DNA from: a virus
Lineage: Duplodnaviria; Caudoviricetes
IMG/VR virus record: IMGVR_UViG_3300028591_000104
Location: 64,001 to 128,000 of that record
Length of the DNA stretch: 64,000 nt
Strand: one strand, 5' to 3'
In this document: positions 39,706 through 52,269 of the stretch, one piece after another
Numbering within the stretch: the first letter of the stretch is position 1
Layout of the letters: every line of letters starts with the position of its first letter
Program-made: the position numbers and the translations under genes
The notes under the pieces: generated by a model
Told to the model about the DNA's origin: nothing
The model's database searches: none
What the model saw: the letters and a program-made list of their open reading frames with translations, nothing else

Positions 39706-41328
39706 TTATCTTGCATAAACTTTAATATTATATTTATTATTACTAGAAGGATTTGGTTTCATAGTAAACCATCCATCTCTCCATGAAATATTATAAGTAG
39801 TTCCAGAAGTAGAACATTGTAAAGCATAATTTAACAAATAGCCTGAACTGTAATAATAGCCTCCAAATATACATTCAGTAGCAGATGGACCTGGAAGAGT
39901 ACCGCCATCTGCAATAGGAATAATATGACTACCTTTGTAACAGTCTGTTGCAGAAACATTTGTGATATAAACTATTACCATAAGTTCGCTATAGTCTGTA
40001 TAATTTGAGACAGGGACAATACCAGATGCGCCTGTTACGTCGAATCCTGTTTCATCAATGAAAGTCCATTCATTTGTTGCCTTTTTTAAAAGGTTAGAAG
40101 CAGTTACAGTATTATTATCTGTAATAGATAATAAAGTATCTACTCTTTCGCCTCCATTACCATCGTCTCCTATAGATTGAATATATCGAGTATCACCATT
40201 ACTATTTCTATGGAAATATAAATCTTTAGTCCAAGTTGTAACATCAATCCAAACATAATTATCTACATTTAAATGGTCATATAGTTTTAAATTTGTTGAT
40301 CTTAATTCTTGATTATGAGGATTAAAATATAATAATGATGATTTTTTAGTCCCACTAGTTATATTATCAGCAATAGCAGTAGTAGAGTCTGAAAATAATA
40401 TTGGATAATCTGAATTAGTAGTACTATCTGTAGTTTGTAAAACTTTATTATCCGTATACTCTATTATTTTTTCTCCATTATGATAATAAATCGGATGATT
40501 TGGTGCTATTGTACATTGATACCTAGAATACATATTACCAACATAGTAATAATAATAACCATCATTAGTAGTAGGTAAATCTACTGCCCACCAAGGTGCA
40601 TTTGCAATGTATAACAATCCATTACTCATAGTACATTTAATATAGATTGATTTACCTACTGCTGTAGTTGGTAAAGTAGTAGTATTACAATTTGTCCAAT
40701 ATCTTATACTATTAGAAGTTAACCACCATACATGGTTTTGACCTATAGCTTGTCCCGCACTTGCTGAAGTGGTCGCACAAATGATATTGCCATTTGGTAA
40801 AAATCCTAATGAAGAAGGTTGTTTTGAAGTTCCTGTCCCACCTGTTTTTGTTATTGACGACCATCTTGGTGGATTGAGTTGTGTCTGTAATACTATCGAA
40901 TTGTCAAATATAGCACCATTTTCATCAGCAACTACAGAACCCGCATATTCGCCTATTGTATTACTATCGTTTTCATAGTAAGCCAATTGCATTACCCAAT
41001 AATCATTTGCATAATCAAATACAAATAAATATTCACTATTTAATTCGTATGCTGTACTTATTCTACTATTTGTTTTACTATTATATACTGCTTTACCTCC
41101 CAAACCATTAAGATTAATAACCCAGTTAGTAGCACTTCTGATTTTTGTATTTTTCATTATAATAGTAAGTCCATCATACAATTCTGTAATATTCGGAGCC
41201 GTCGCAATAAAATTTGTTGAAGTTGAGGTCGAGTCCAATGTAGCCCTAACTATTCCTCTTGTCATTTTACTATTTATTTCATGTTGCTGACCACTAGAAT
41301 CTTCTATTTTAATAATATCTTCCGGCAC
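39706..41328 (-). CDS. tail fibre / receptor-binding-like protein
   Basis: LYDGLTI..K, INLNGLGGK, Thr/Ser-rich beta character; fibre cluster. Confidence 0.65.
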   Translation of the reverse strand: MPEDIIKIEDSSGQQHEINSKMTRGIVRATLDSTSTSTNFIATAPNITELYDGLTIIMKNTKIRSATNWVINLNGLGGKAVYNSKTNSRISTAYELNSEYLFVFDYANDYWVMQLAYYENDSNTIGEYAGSVVADENGAIFDNSIVLQTQLNPPRWSSITKTGGTGTSKQPSSLGFLPNGNIICATTSASAGQAIGQNHVWWLTSNSIRYWTNCNTTTLPTTAVGKSIYIKCTMSNGLLYIANAPWWAVDLPTTNDGYYYYYVGNMYSRYQCTIAPNHPIYYHNGEKIIEYTDNKVLQTTDSTTNSDYPILFSDSTTAIADNITSGTKKSSLLYFNPHNQELRSTNLKLYDHLNVDNYVWIDVTTWTKDLYFHRNSNGDTRYIQSIGDDGNGGERVDTLLSITDNNTVTASNLLKKATNEWTFIDETGFDVTGASGIVPVSNYTDYSELMVIVYITNVSATDCYKGSHIIPIADGGTLPGPSATECIFGGYYYSSGYLLNYALQCSTSGTTYNISWRDGWFTMKPNPSSNNKYNIKVYAR

Positions 41329-41341
41329 TTTTATCCCTCCT

Positions 41342-44023
41342 TTAACTCAATGTGTGTGTATGTCCATTATCTGTAACAGTGTGTGTTTTACCTGTCACTA
41401 CAGTCGTAGCAGAATCATTCTTAATAGGTACAGTTACATTTGCAACCGAAGTAACATTTGGAATTGAAATTTCAGTGCCAAGTGTCGGTGCAATATGAGT
41501 ATGTGTATCTGGATCGTGCGTTGCCGCAACATGTGTATGACTAAAAGATAAAACTCCATTAGTTACAGTAGCTGTAAATGAACCACTACCTCCAAAAAAT
41601 GCGCCTGAAGTAAAATCACCACTACCTGCTGAAGTCACGTTTGGTACACTAATTGCTGTTCCTAATGTAACTTTAGAAGCGGTTGTTGTAGTAGATTTTA
41701 CTCCATAAATTGAACCAGTGCTATGGTCTGATATACTTATACCTGTCGTACTAGTAGCGGCAGACGTGCCATGGGGATTGCCTGTTACCTGTGAATGGTC
41801 ATACGCAATCTTTCCCCTGTCGCCTCTATACGCCGTTGAGCTTGTTTCACCTAATGCAAGTGAAGGACTTATTTCAACATAATTAGAGCCACCCCATCTA
41901 TAAGTAAGATTGGTATCAAGTGCAACATATATTTTTCCAGTTTCACCAGTAGTAGGAAAACTAGACTTATTAGCATATTCTAACACATCATCTACATATG
42001 AAGGAAGCTGCGATGCTGGGACTAATCCATTTGCATCTAATTCAGCTACGCCATTTGCCGCGCCTTTAGCACTAGTTGCTATTGCATTAACATCAGCTGC
42101 AGTTGTAGGCACTGTAATATTTGCAGTTACATCAGATGAAGCATTTGCTGTAAAAGTTTTTACTGTAGTACCATTCTTTTGAATAGTAAGTGTGGCATTA
42201 TTTACAGTTGGATAACTAGGAACTTGCCAAGTACCATCATTCCTCAAGAACTTTGTTGTATCTGAACCTAAAGCTGGTCCATTAGTAACTGTATTTGCAC
42301 CATTAAACTTTGCCAAATATCCACTTGTACCTGAACCTGTTATATTATTTGCGATACTTGGAGTGACCGTGACAGTTTGAACAGTACCTCCTGAAGGGGT
42401 TACTGTAAATCCATTAGTTCCATTAGCAAAAGTATATGTTGTATTATTATCAGGAATAGTTACTGTTTGAGCTGTACCACTTGAAGGAGTAAGTGTAATT
42501 TTATGCCCGTCAGAACTATCTTGTGTAAGACTGTAAGTTGTGTTAGTATCTGTTGTTGCTATTGTAATTTTATCATTAGTAGCATCAGGAGTTAATGTAA
42601 CATTACTGCCTGCAACTAATTCTAAAGTGTCTGTTTTACTATCTGCAGCTATTGTAGTTGAGCCAACCTTAACATTACTAAAAGCATTTTGATTAGCTTC
42701 AGCTGTTGTGCTAATAACATGAGTAGAAGAATTAACAGAGATTGCTCCAGTTCCTGTGTAAGTAGTATCAGTAAATACAGCATCGCTAGGTACATCTTTG
42801 TCTACAGTATGACTATTAACTGTTCTTGCGTCATCAACAATTTCAATCAGATTTGTACCATTATAACGATACCATTTATTTTGTTCATACAGAGTGATAC
42901 GACAATACGATGTTGTACTGTCAAAACAAGACCCTACAAGTACATATACTTTATTTGGATCATTTGGTGTTTGTGTCCACCAAACATCATCTAAATAATA
43001 TAAATTATCTTCTGGATTGATTGTACCAACAAGATATAATAGACTCTAGGGAGTTAAAGAGTTTGCTACAAGTGAAGTATTAAATGAGTACCTTGAATCA
43101 AATATTGAAATAGAACTATATACAACAGATGCTCCTGAAATATTAGTATTAGCTGCGTAAGTGGTATTAGTATACCATATTGAGCTACCAACTTTAAATC
43201 CATTTGAATTTGGAAGTTTAGTAGCAGCAACAGTACGACTACCTAATGAAGTTTCAGTAGCATCAGACCCCATACATATATTCTGAAATCTGCCCGTTTC
43301 ATCTTCCATAAATAATGATGTTGCCCAGACACCCCTAGTACCTGTTTTACCTGCAAAATATCCAATTCTATTTTCAGTAGTAGTATTACTATCACTAGTT
43401 TCCTGTAAACCACGAGTAACAGCATCAGGGCCTGACAAATTATTATAATTAGTAGTGCCTGAACCAGTCCAATCAGCCCATTTTACTGGAGTATCAAGAA
43501 TTGTAACAGTACAGTTTTCACATTCATAATAATCAATTTCAAATGTCCTATAATAAGTAGGATTTGTATAACCGCCTCCATAAAGAATGCTAATACCTAT
43601 TGCATGTCCATACCCAGCATCATAACCTGCTTTCTTCAAGGTGTAAATAGGCATGTAATAATGAGCTGCATCTTGTCTCTCGTTCCAGTTAGATACAATA
43701 TATCCATCAGACCTACCACAAAAAGTAGACCAAGTATAAGACTGATAACTTGCATGATTAGAACAATAGGTATGAACTTTGAATTTTACCCTCCAAGGTT
43801 TATACCAATCATCAGGCCTAATTGACATAAAATACCAAGAGGATGTTTCCCATGAACCCGCTGAAGTCGCATAGTAATTTGTACTTTCATAGGTTTTATG
43901 AACTATAGGCACTATGTCTTTTTCATAGTGCCTATGATCACTTTTACTTTGTGAATTATCTTTAAAATGATAGGTATTTGTATCATTGGGAAGTTTTATT
44001 TTACTTACATCTATATCTGCCAT
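41342..44023 (-). CDS. tail fibre-like protein, 893 aa, TAG at 43046
   Basis: Frame continuous across LTP*SLLYLVGTIN..WWTQTP; modules NQNAFSNVKVG, NGVAELDANGLVPASQLPSYVDDV, TAYRGDRGK. Confidence 0.8.
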
Positions 44024-44039
44024 TGTCTCTCACCTACCT

Positions 44040-45227
44040 TTAAGCAGGATTTACAGTAGCAGCACCAAGAGCAGTAATAGCATCAGCAGTATTACCAGAA
44101 GTAGCAAAAGTAACTGGATTAGTTCCACTTGTACTTACCGCAGTAATAACCCCCGGACCATCTGTAGAAGTTGTGGTTGTACTAGCTGTAACATCTTTTA
44201 AGAAAGTATCAGAAGTAGGTGCCGCATAATCAGTTATCGCGCTCGCAGTTGTAGGCGTACCTAATCCAACCATTACCGAAGCACCACTAGAACCAGTAGC
44301 TACAGCACCAGTTGCTACAGTTGTTGCTGAAGTATTTTTAATTGGAACAGTTACATCAGCAAAGGTATAAGGAGTAATACTACCATTTGAAACCGCAGGT
44401 GTTACTGAAGTAGTAGATAATGGTTTAAAAGTAAAACTTAAAGTTTCATTTTCAACTGTAGCCCCCCACATTGGAGTATTAGCAGTTCTTGTAGCAGTTT
44501 CAGTGCCCAAAGAGCCTGAAGCTACAGTAGCGGCAGTGCCAGCTTTTGCCACGGCAACAGCCGTTCCCGCAGTTGCCTTAGAAGCAGTGGTTGTACTAGA
44601 CTGAACCCCCGTAACAGAAGTAGTAGTTAATTTAGAAGTACTACCAGGATAAGACTTTACAAAGGTATCGGTAGAAGGATCTCCCAAACCCGTAAGCGCA
44701 TTTCCTGTAGTTTTAGTAAGTTTTAAATATTTAGTAGCTCCACTTGGTTTAGGAACTGTCGCGGTTACAGAAGATTTTAATACTGTAGCTTTAGTATGAT
44801 TACCCCAGCTAACGGTACCAGTATCTGCATAAGCAAAATTGCCCGCAGTTCCACCAGAATGCCCTGATTTATTTTTAACATAATCCGTCATATCAGGAAG
44901 ATGTGTACTACCAAAAGGCTCCCAAGCATAAGTTGTTCCACTAGGATTTACAGTAATATATTCTCGATATGCTCCTTCATCACCAGAATGAGTTTCCATA
45001 TTGTCTGGCACTAACTATATTTTATACATAGTAGTAGAAGCTGCTGCTAAAGTACCAGTAATAGTTGTAGTGCCACTTTTCCATTGAATGTCTTTAGGAG
45101 TATTGCCAGCTTCAGTACAAACTATATATTCAAATTGGTGAATATTGGCTATAGCACTTCTCGCTGTAGCATCTTTTAAATCATAAGTTGTACCGGAAGG
45201 TAAAGTAATTTTTGATATATCTGCCAT
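44040..45227 (-). CDS. Thr-rich fibre-like protein, 395 aa, TAG at 45015
   Basis: MADISKITLPSGTTYDLKD...MYKI*LVPD...YREYITV; fragments share frame. Confidence 0.8.
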
Positions 45228-45242
45228 TCATTTTCTCCTTTC

Positions 45243-45620
45243 TCAATTAGTTGTGAAAATAAGCTCTTCGGCGTCAACAGTGGGGTCGGTATAACATCTT
45301 ACCTTATTATTCCAAAATGTCCTTTCAGAAGCAGTAATATGAATTATATTATCCGCAATATGTTGAGCCTCTAATTCATTAGCAAAAGGAAGATCTACTA
45401 CCTAAGCAAGGCCATCCCCTACTTTAAATCCAGGTAAATCTTCTCCTTGGCTATTCTGTTGATAATCTGTGTATATATAAATAGTTCCTTGTTTAGAAAC
45501 TAAAGAAGTCTTAGTGGCCCAATTTGCACTGGTGTCACTAATTACATTATTTTGCTCTTTTATTTTTTCCCAAAGGTGAGCTAAACCTTCTTCATCTAAC
45601 TATTTCAACGGTGTCGGCAT
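45243..45620 (-). CDS. small virion fibre-associated protein, 125 aa, TAG at 45600 and 45402
   Basis: MPTPLK*LDEEGLAHLWEKIK...FKVGDGLA*VVDLPF...HITASERTFWNNK; AGGAGG RBS; absent from track. Confidence 0.8.
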
Positions 45621-45638
45621 AGCTCTTTACCTCCTTAA

Positions 45639-46520
45639 TTAATTGGAACAAATCGTATCAATTTCTTGATTGGTAATAGGAGTTAAATCAGTAAATTGAA
45701 CATAATTGCTTAAATCTATTTGTGTTGTACCAATTTTTTCATAACGCCCTACATTAGAAACTACTATCCAAACATATTCATCATAACTGTTAGGTGCACT
45801 TCCAGAATTTGGAACTAAATAAATAACACCTTTTTCACCAGTAACAGGTAAATCCGAATAACTTGCTACTATTTGAAATTCAATTCCAGTTATATCAGCT
45901 AAAGCATCTTCAATAGCTTGAGCTACTTCCACATCAGTTTGATAATTAGCATCATTAGTTAATTCACTTACATTAGTAGGTAAATCAGCTGAAGTAATAT
46001 AACCAGCATCATTAGTTAAATCACTAACTAATGTTGGCACAGTAATATCTACAATTTTATTACCATCAGGATTCACTAAAGTTCCATTAACTTTAATACC
46101 TTCAATAGTATTTACTTCACCATTATCCGGTATAGTAATAGTAGTTGAAGATTGGTCAGAACCTGCAAAAGTAAGAATATGACCGTCACTTTGATTTTGT
46201 GTTAAAGTATAAGTGGTATCAGTGGTTACAAAACCACTATCATTAGTTAAATCAGAAACTTTAGTAGGTACTGTAACATCCACAGCTTTATTAGCATCTG
46301 GAGTCAACGCAGAACCATTAACCTTAACTGATTCAATAATATTAACCTCTGCACCAGTTTCAATCCCACTTAACTTTGTTTGTTCAGCAGTTGTATAGTC
46401 ATTAGTAGAAAGACCTTTACCAGCTTCTTTATCTACCTTATCCCCTAACTTTGCCTTTAGTAAGGTCCAAAAGTAAAGTAAGCCATTATAATCTAACTAC
46501 TTTATTGGTGTATTAGGCAT
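45639..46520 (-). CDS. fibre-like protein with internal repeats, 293 aa, TAG at 46497
   Basis: MPNTPIK*LDYNGLLYFW, KVDKEAGKGLSTNDYT, three PTxVSxLTND repeats, GEKGVIYLVP..YDEY. Confidence 0.82.
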
Positions 46521-46523
46521 TGT

Positions 46524-47147
46524 TTATTCCTCCTTCATCATATTGTATATATCAAGATTAGAAATTAAATCTAAATCAACATCTTCACTATTTAATCTAT
46601 CCCAAGTCCCGTCACCTTTTAAATATTTATTCTGCGCGCCGGCGCTTGGGGTCGGCACAAGACCATGCCTTCCAGGATTCATCTGAGTAGCTCCTATAAA
46701 GTCTGTTGCTATAAGTGCTAAAATCTCATCTAGGCCTTTATTAACCCACTATCCATTTTCATAAACTAAAAGTGAATCTGGACTAACTTCCGCACTAATA
46801 AGTACATCACTTAAATCACTAAGTTTTGTTTTCTTAGAAACTTGAGAAGCTATTAATTTATTTCCAAGATACAATACCCCTTCATCATCTTCTACCTCAG
46901 AAACAAACTACAAAGTATCAGGATGTTTTTCTGGAAGTTGTTCATAGGCCTCGGGAGTCCCACGAACAAAGATTACATAAGGGGGCAATTCCGATGGATC
47001 GCCACTTCCTTTAACCTCCGGCCGCAAATTCATAGCCTTAATTTCTTCTATAGTACTTAACACTCTTGGCTTAAGCTATTCTTCAGTAGGTTCAAAAGAA
47101 TAGCTTAAATCTTCTTTTTTCTTTTTATTAAAGCCTTTAAGTATCAT
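46524..47147 (-). CDS. virion-associated protein, 207 aa, TAG at 47076, 46908, 46749
   Basis: FVRGTPEAYEQL..HPDTL*FVSE, LYLGNKLI, GLVPTPSAGAQNKYLKGDGTW; AAGGAGG RBS; absent from track. Confidence 0.78.
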
Positions 47148-47208
47148 TTAAACCTCCTTTGCCGCACAATTCCCCCCGGCAGTGACCTCATACCGGGGGC
47201 GCGGAGCT

Positions 47209-50200
47209 TTAATATAATTTATCAACTGCCTTAATGGCGTTAATATTCATTGTACCATTATAAGTTAATGGTATTGAAATACTATTAATAATATATTCAC
47301 CACTTAATTTAATATTATCATCATGGATACTAATACGATTATTTGGTTCAAGTGTATAGATAGGGATACAATTAATACTTACAGATTCATTCGCCTATGT
47401 GAATTGATATAACCACTGGTCAAGCACGTCCTTACAGCTCTTGCCGCAATTGGCTACCTTAAAGTAGTCATACACCCACTCGCCGCACTGCATTATATTA
47501 TATCCACTTCTTGTATAATCAATTAGTTTATTATACCTCTCATCATCAGCTTTACTAGTTCTCTGGTAAACAATGTTTAAAGTATCTCTATAATATATAG
47601 CTTTTACATTAGATTCATTACTTGCTTTTGACCTATCCATAACATTATTCACCCCGTATTTGCCAATTTCACTAGTCTGTGAATCTAAAAAGTCAAACCA
47701 GAATAATAACAACTCAGGTGATTCCTTCACCAAAGTATTCCACTTACCACTATATCCTTCCAAATTATCATAATAATAAGTTTCTTGATAATAAGCTATG
47801 GTTAAATGCGTATAAGTATAATCATCATTAATATCAATTACTGGCACGTCATAATTATTAAACTTAATATATGTATAATAATTATAATAACTACTAGTAT
47901 CATATTTAAACATAGACCGAACATAAGCTGGTTGGTCTGCTAAATTAATCTAGCCGTTATCATCCTTAGATAAAAACATTGCACTATTCTCAAAATTATC
48001 TGTTCCTGTGAAATTAAAGAAAGGGTGTTCTTTAAACTCTTCCCACTTATAAGCTCCAGAAACTTCAGCATATCTTTCGATCGGAACTTTATAAAAATCT
48101 TTCCAAGTAAAAGTAGAAGGTAAGCTATTTAAAACACCAACTTTTGAATAACATTCTCCATGACGAGAAAATCTATAAACATAATCGCTAGAATTATAAT
48201 ATTGTATACCTGTAAATACAGGATACTTAACCCTAGCTAATTCAAAAATTAATTCGCCAATTACACCAGTTTTTTTCTTTTCTAACATCTAATAGAGATT
48301 ATCTCCCGTCTTATAAACTGTAAAAGTATTATAAGTTGTATAATCAACAACATTAGTGTGTAAGTTTAAATTACAAATTTCTTCTAATTCTTGTTGTGTG
48401 ATATCTTCTCTATAATTTATTAATAAATTATATTTAGTTAAACGCCCAGAAAGTTCTGTACCATTATTTATTATTTTATTGTAACGGTCATATCTTATAT
48501 CTTGTTCTGCTCCATTATCATAATAAAATCCACAATAACCATCACCAACTGATTCAAAAACAGCAGGAACATAAAGATAATCATATTCTGCGGCCGCATC
48601 CCAGTTTCCTTCTGCTCCATTAAATTCCCAAGCAGAAAGATTTTTTTCAGACCAAATTTTAGGATTTAATCTTCTTGGGTTCTCCACCAACAGACGTTCA
48701 TCATCTATATAAGTAACATAATATTCTTCACACTCTTTTTCAGCTGGTTTATCTGCTACATTATACCAATGGTCTCTAACATAAACATTTTTAGTTAAGT
48801 CTAATTCACTAACAGATTTAATAGAAAATCCTGTGCTGAGCCCTTTATCATAATCGGGTTTATACAAATATCTCCAAAAACCTTCAAGGTCAACATAATA
48901 TTGTTCATAACCTGTTATTCCTTTTGGATAAAGAACTTCAAAACCACCATCTGCTTTTGGTATTGTATTATTCTGTAATATTCTAGCGTTAAAAGTATCA
49001 AAATGATTAAATCTTCTATAATCCAAAGCCATTTGATAAATTAATTCTCGCCAGTCTTCTTCATAACATTCAATGCCAGTAGGCAATTCACCTTCATAAT
49101 CTTCGGTATAATAAACTTTAGAAGGCCAATTCCCATTACTATCCACTTCTTTAAAGCCATTTGCAAACTCTGGATATAATTTCTTATAAGCACTTAATTC
49201 TTCAGCAGTTACAGCAATAGATTTATAATAAACTGGTTTTTTATCTACTGCATATCTCATGTGAATAGGAAGTGTATTATCTCCACTTTCCCTTTCTCCC
49301 CAAATCGCATAATCATTTTTAATATTACCAATATTAGGAGAATTATCAAAACTAACTACTAATTCACTTCCTTCAAACAACCAAGAGGTAGGTAAATAAG
49401 ATAACAAAGTATAATCATTTCCCATACTTACTGTATCAAAATCATTAGCGTTCCAATTTGTATCAAGCCATTTATCTTTCTTTTGGAAAATAAAATTACC
49501 ATCTACATCAAAGAAATATTCATAGTTTCCTAAGAAATCTACTATTTTATCTAATACAGAAGTTACGCTATCACCAACAGAAGTGATTAAACCACTCTCT
49601 TCTCCATTGCGCGGGTAGGTTAGTTCCGTCACATCATATCCAGCTGTTTGTCCGGGATTTATCTTACATACATAATAAGTTTTACCACTATCTCCCACTG
49701 TAACTACAGTGTATTGAGATTTATCAACTAAATTTAATTCATTAGTAGATAAATAAACTGGAATATTATCAATGGTTGTAGCCGCTCCATCTACATAAAC
49801 TGTTGTAGATTGATTAATATATACATTAGAAGCTTCATCAGAAGCATCAGTAGGAATTAAAGCATACATAGGTTTATCACCCTGCCACTCTAAAAGATAC
49901 AAACCATATTTTGCTATGTCTTTTATAATAATTCTTTCCCAAGGTTCATGTCCATATTCATGCACAGCCTCACGAATTATATCTTCAATATTTATATCTA
50001 CTAATTCTTTACTGCCATCTGCCGCAATTTCTTCTCTAGTGCCGAAATCTACGGAAGCGTAAATAGCTCCACCTACGTCACCATTAATAAGGCACATTTT
50101 ATCTTTACCCGAAATTGAAATGCTCATACCAGAAGTAGAGTAATTATAAGAAAATGAGGTTATAACATAAGTACCTAATTTAAACCAAATAATTTCAGGA

Positions 50201-50487
50201 TAATCAGAATTAATGGTATTTTTTAAACCTAGCATTAATTTATATTTACTATTTAAAGTCCAATAGTAATCAGTAATATTAGTGTCATAATTACAAGTAA
50301 ATGTTAAGTTGCTGGTGCGGCGGAGCGATGAGGCGCCATCCAAATTCACTGATCCCTGGGTTATTCTACCCTGGACTTCTTCGAGCGGCTCCTCATCTAT
50401 ATTTAAAGAAATAACACGAGCGTAAGTTTCTCTGTATTTTTGAGAGAACAGCTCTTTTAAAAATTCATTATCTAACAATGGATCCAC
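47209..50487 (-). CDS. large tail/baseplate protein, 1092 aa, TAG at 48289, 47950, 47395
   Basis: GSVNLDGASSLRRT, DKMCLING, YFFDVDGNFIFQ, IKNDYAIWG, C-terminal PIYTLEPN..IPLTYNGTM; three track fragments in one frame to TAA 47209. Confidence 0.8.
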
Positions 50488-50503
50488 TTACACTCCACCT
50501 CCT

Positions 50504-52099
50504 TTAACTCAAATTTATAATTTTATTTCTAACCAACGCCTCATAGTCGTGGTCATCGCACTCATATGCTTGACTACTAAATGAATAAATCATACGACTA
50601 GTAGTCTGGTCGGGAGACATTGAGCATCCCATTAAACGTACCAACATATTACCTTCAGAAGACGAGCGGAACAATTTTACTTGACCGTTATTTAACCACT
50701 CCAGCACTTCTTCACGGAATTTTCTTTCATGCGTAAAGTTCTTTCCAGTGAGATCGGTAGATAGAGAGAAATCTTCTATGTCGGGCATAGGAGTATAGGT
50801 TTTCTCACGACCCGGCTGGTCCTCAACCCCATAAACACTGAACAATCTTTGCTCATCCATGTGGAATGACACAAGACCTCCTAATGTAAAATCTCTATAT
50901 TTTACATCACCATTTCTAAAGAAAAATGGATATTTACCACCAATCGTATCAGTTTTGCTTTCCAGAATGGTTTCGTGTATACCACTTACTGAAGGGTTAA
51001 AGCGCACCTTAAGCTGGCGCGCGCCATCATACAAGAAAATATCTTCAAAATCAACCTTAACAGTATCAAAAGCAGTACTAATTTTATCTTCTACCATAAT
51101 TTGATACTTATAAGTCTTTCCTTGTTCAACAGTAAAATCTCTAAATGCCTCTTCAGGATTTATATTTCCAATCTTTACACGTTCACCAGTCTCTAAATCA
51201 GTCCTTAACCAATAACCGTCATTGTCATCATAGTCTGTAATCAGGGTGACATAACCATTATCAAAATCATAACGCAATACAACAGTACCTAAATCATCGG
51301 TTGTTGTCGTGTCAACAAGCGGCTAGGCCGCACTTTCAGCATCTATTCCACTGTTGGTTTCTATCAAATATTGAATAACAATATTTTCTTCATCTGGTAA
51401 TTGATCTACATATTCCCATCGGTCATAAGATTCATACTCAGATTCGTCGGTTGATGCGTCATGAAGCATCCAACCACTATCTATTACTGGCGTAACAGTC
51501 TCTCCTTCTAAAGTTCCAATTACAAATCTATATTTATAAACTTTCTCGGTAGAGTCTGCTATTTCTCCCCCTTGAGTGGTTTGGCTCTATCTACCAAAAT
51601 ATTCGTAAGTATGGTTGTTATCACTAGTTTCATCTAATCCATCTATATATACTGTAGGATACCAAGAGAACTTAGATATACCAACTTCACTATAATAACC
51701 TACATGTTGAGCGCATTCTTCAGGTGTAGGCTCTTCTTCAGCTGGAGTAAAAGCAGCAATATAAGCTAATTGAATTTTATAAAATTGACCGATGTTTAAC
51801 ATATCTTCATAATCTTCGGGTTCAATTTTAAAAGTGACTAATCCTTCATTCCAAGCATTGGTAACCTTTTGGTCTAAGTCCTCCCCCTCTTCAATATAAG
51901 CATAACCATTAATCGCTCTAAAATCATTCGTTATAGTTTTAAGTTTTAGGGCAAACGTTTTTATGTCTGCCCTAGAAACAGAACGATTATTTTGAAAAGG
52001 AATTGTAATAAAAACTTCATTAGTTTCTACGTCCTGCTAAAAGGCAGGAATACGATTACCAATAGTTGGAGGATATAACTTACGTGTTATCGTCGGCAT
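50504..52099 (-). CDS. tail/baseplate protein, 531 aa, TAG at 52037, 51587, 51323
   Basis: KLYPPTIGNRIPAF*..., KTDTIGGKYPFFFRNG, ERKFREEVLEWLNNG..KLFRS..EGN; single frame. Confidence 0.78.
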
Positions 52100-52238
52100 C
52101 CTCCTTTACCTCCTTTGACTGTAATTCTTTAGCTAATTGGCGCAGCTGCATTAAGCACTGCGCCATAACTATTGTATCTTCACCTTTAGTGGAAATACCA
52201 CATAAAGCATTGTGTATATTAACTATTTGTTCTAACAT
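52080..52238 (-). CDS. small hypothetical protein, 52 aa
   Basis: AAGGAG RBS; MLEQIVNIHNALCGISTKGEDTIVMAQCL. Confidence 0.6.
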   Translation of the reverse strand: MLEQIVNIHNALCGISTKGEDTIVMAQCLMQLRQLAKELQSKEVKEDADDNT

Positions 52239-52269
52239 ATCCTTTGTCTCCTTTTAAAATAAAAATTAT

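Noticed and set aside
39706-47147. CRISPR array or diversity-generating retroelement near the fibre genes
   Set aside because: No regularly spaced direct repeats, no reverse transcriptase and no adenine-specific TR/VR pair seen; repeats are protein-level modules.
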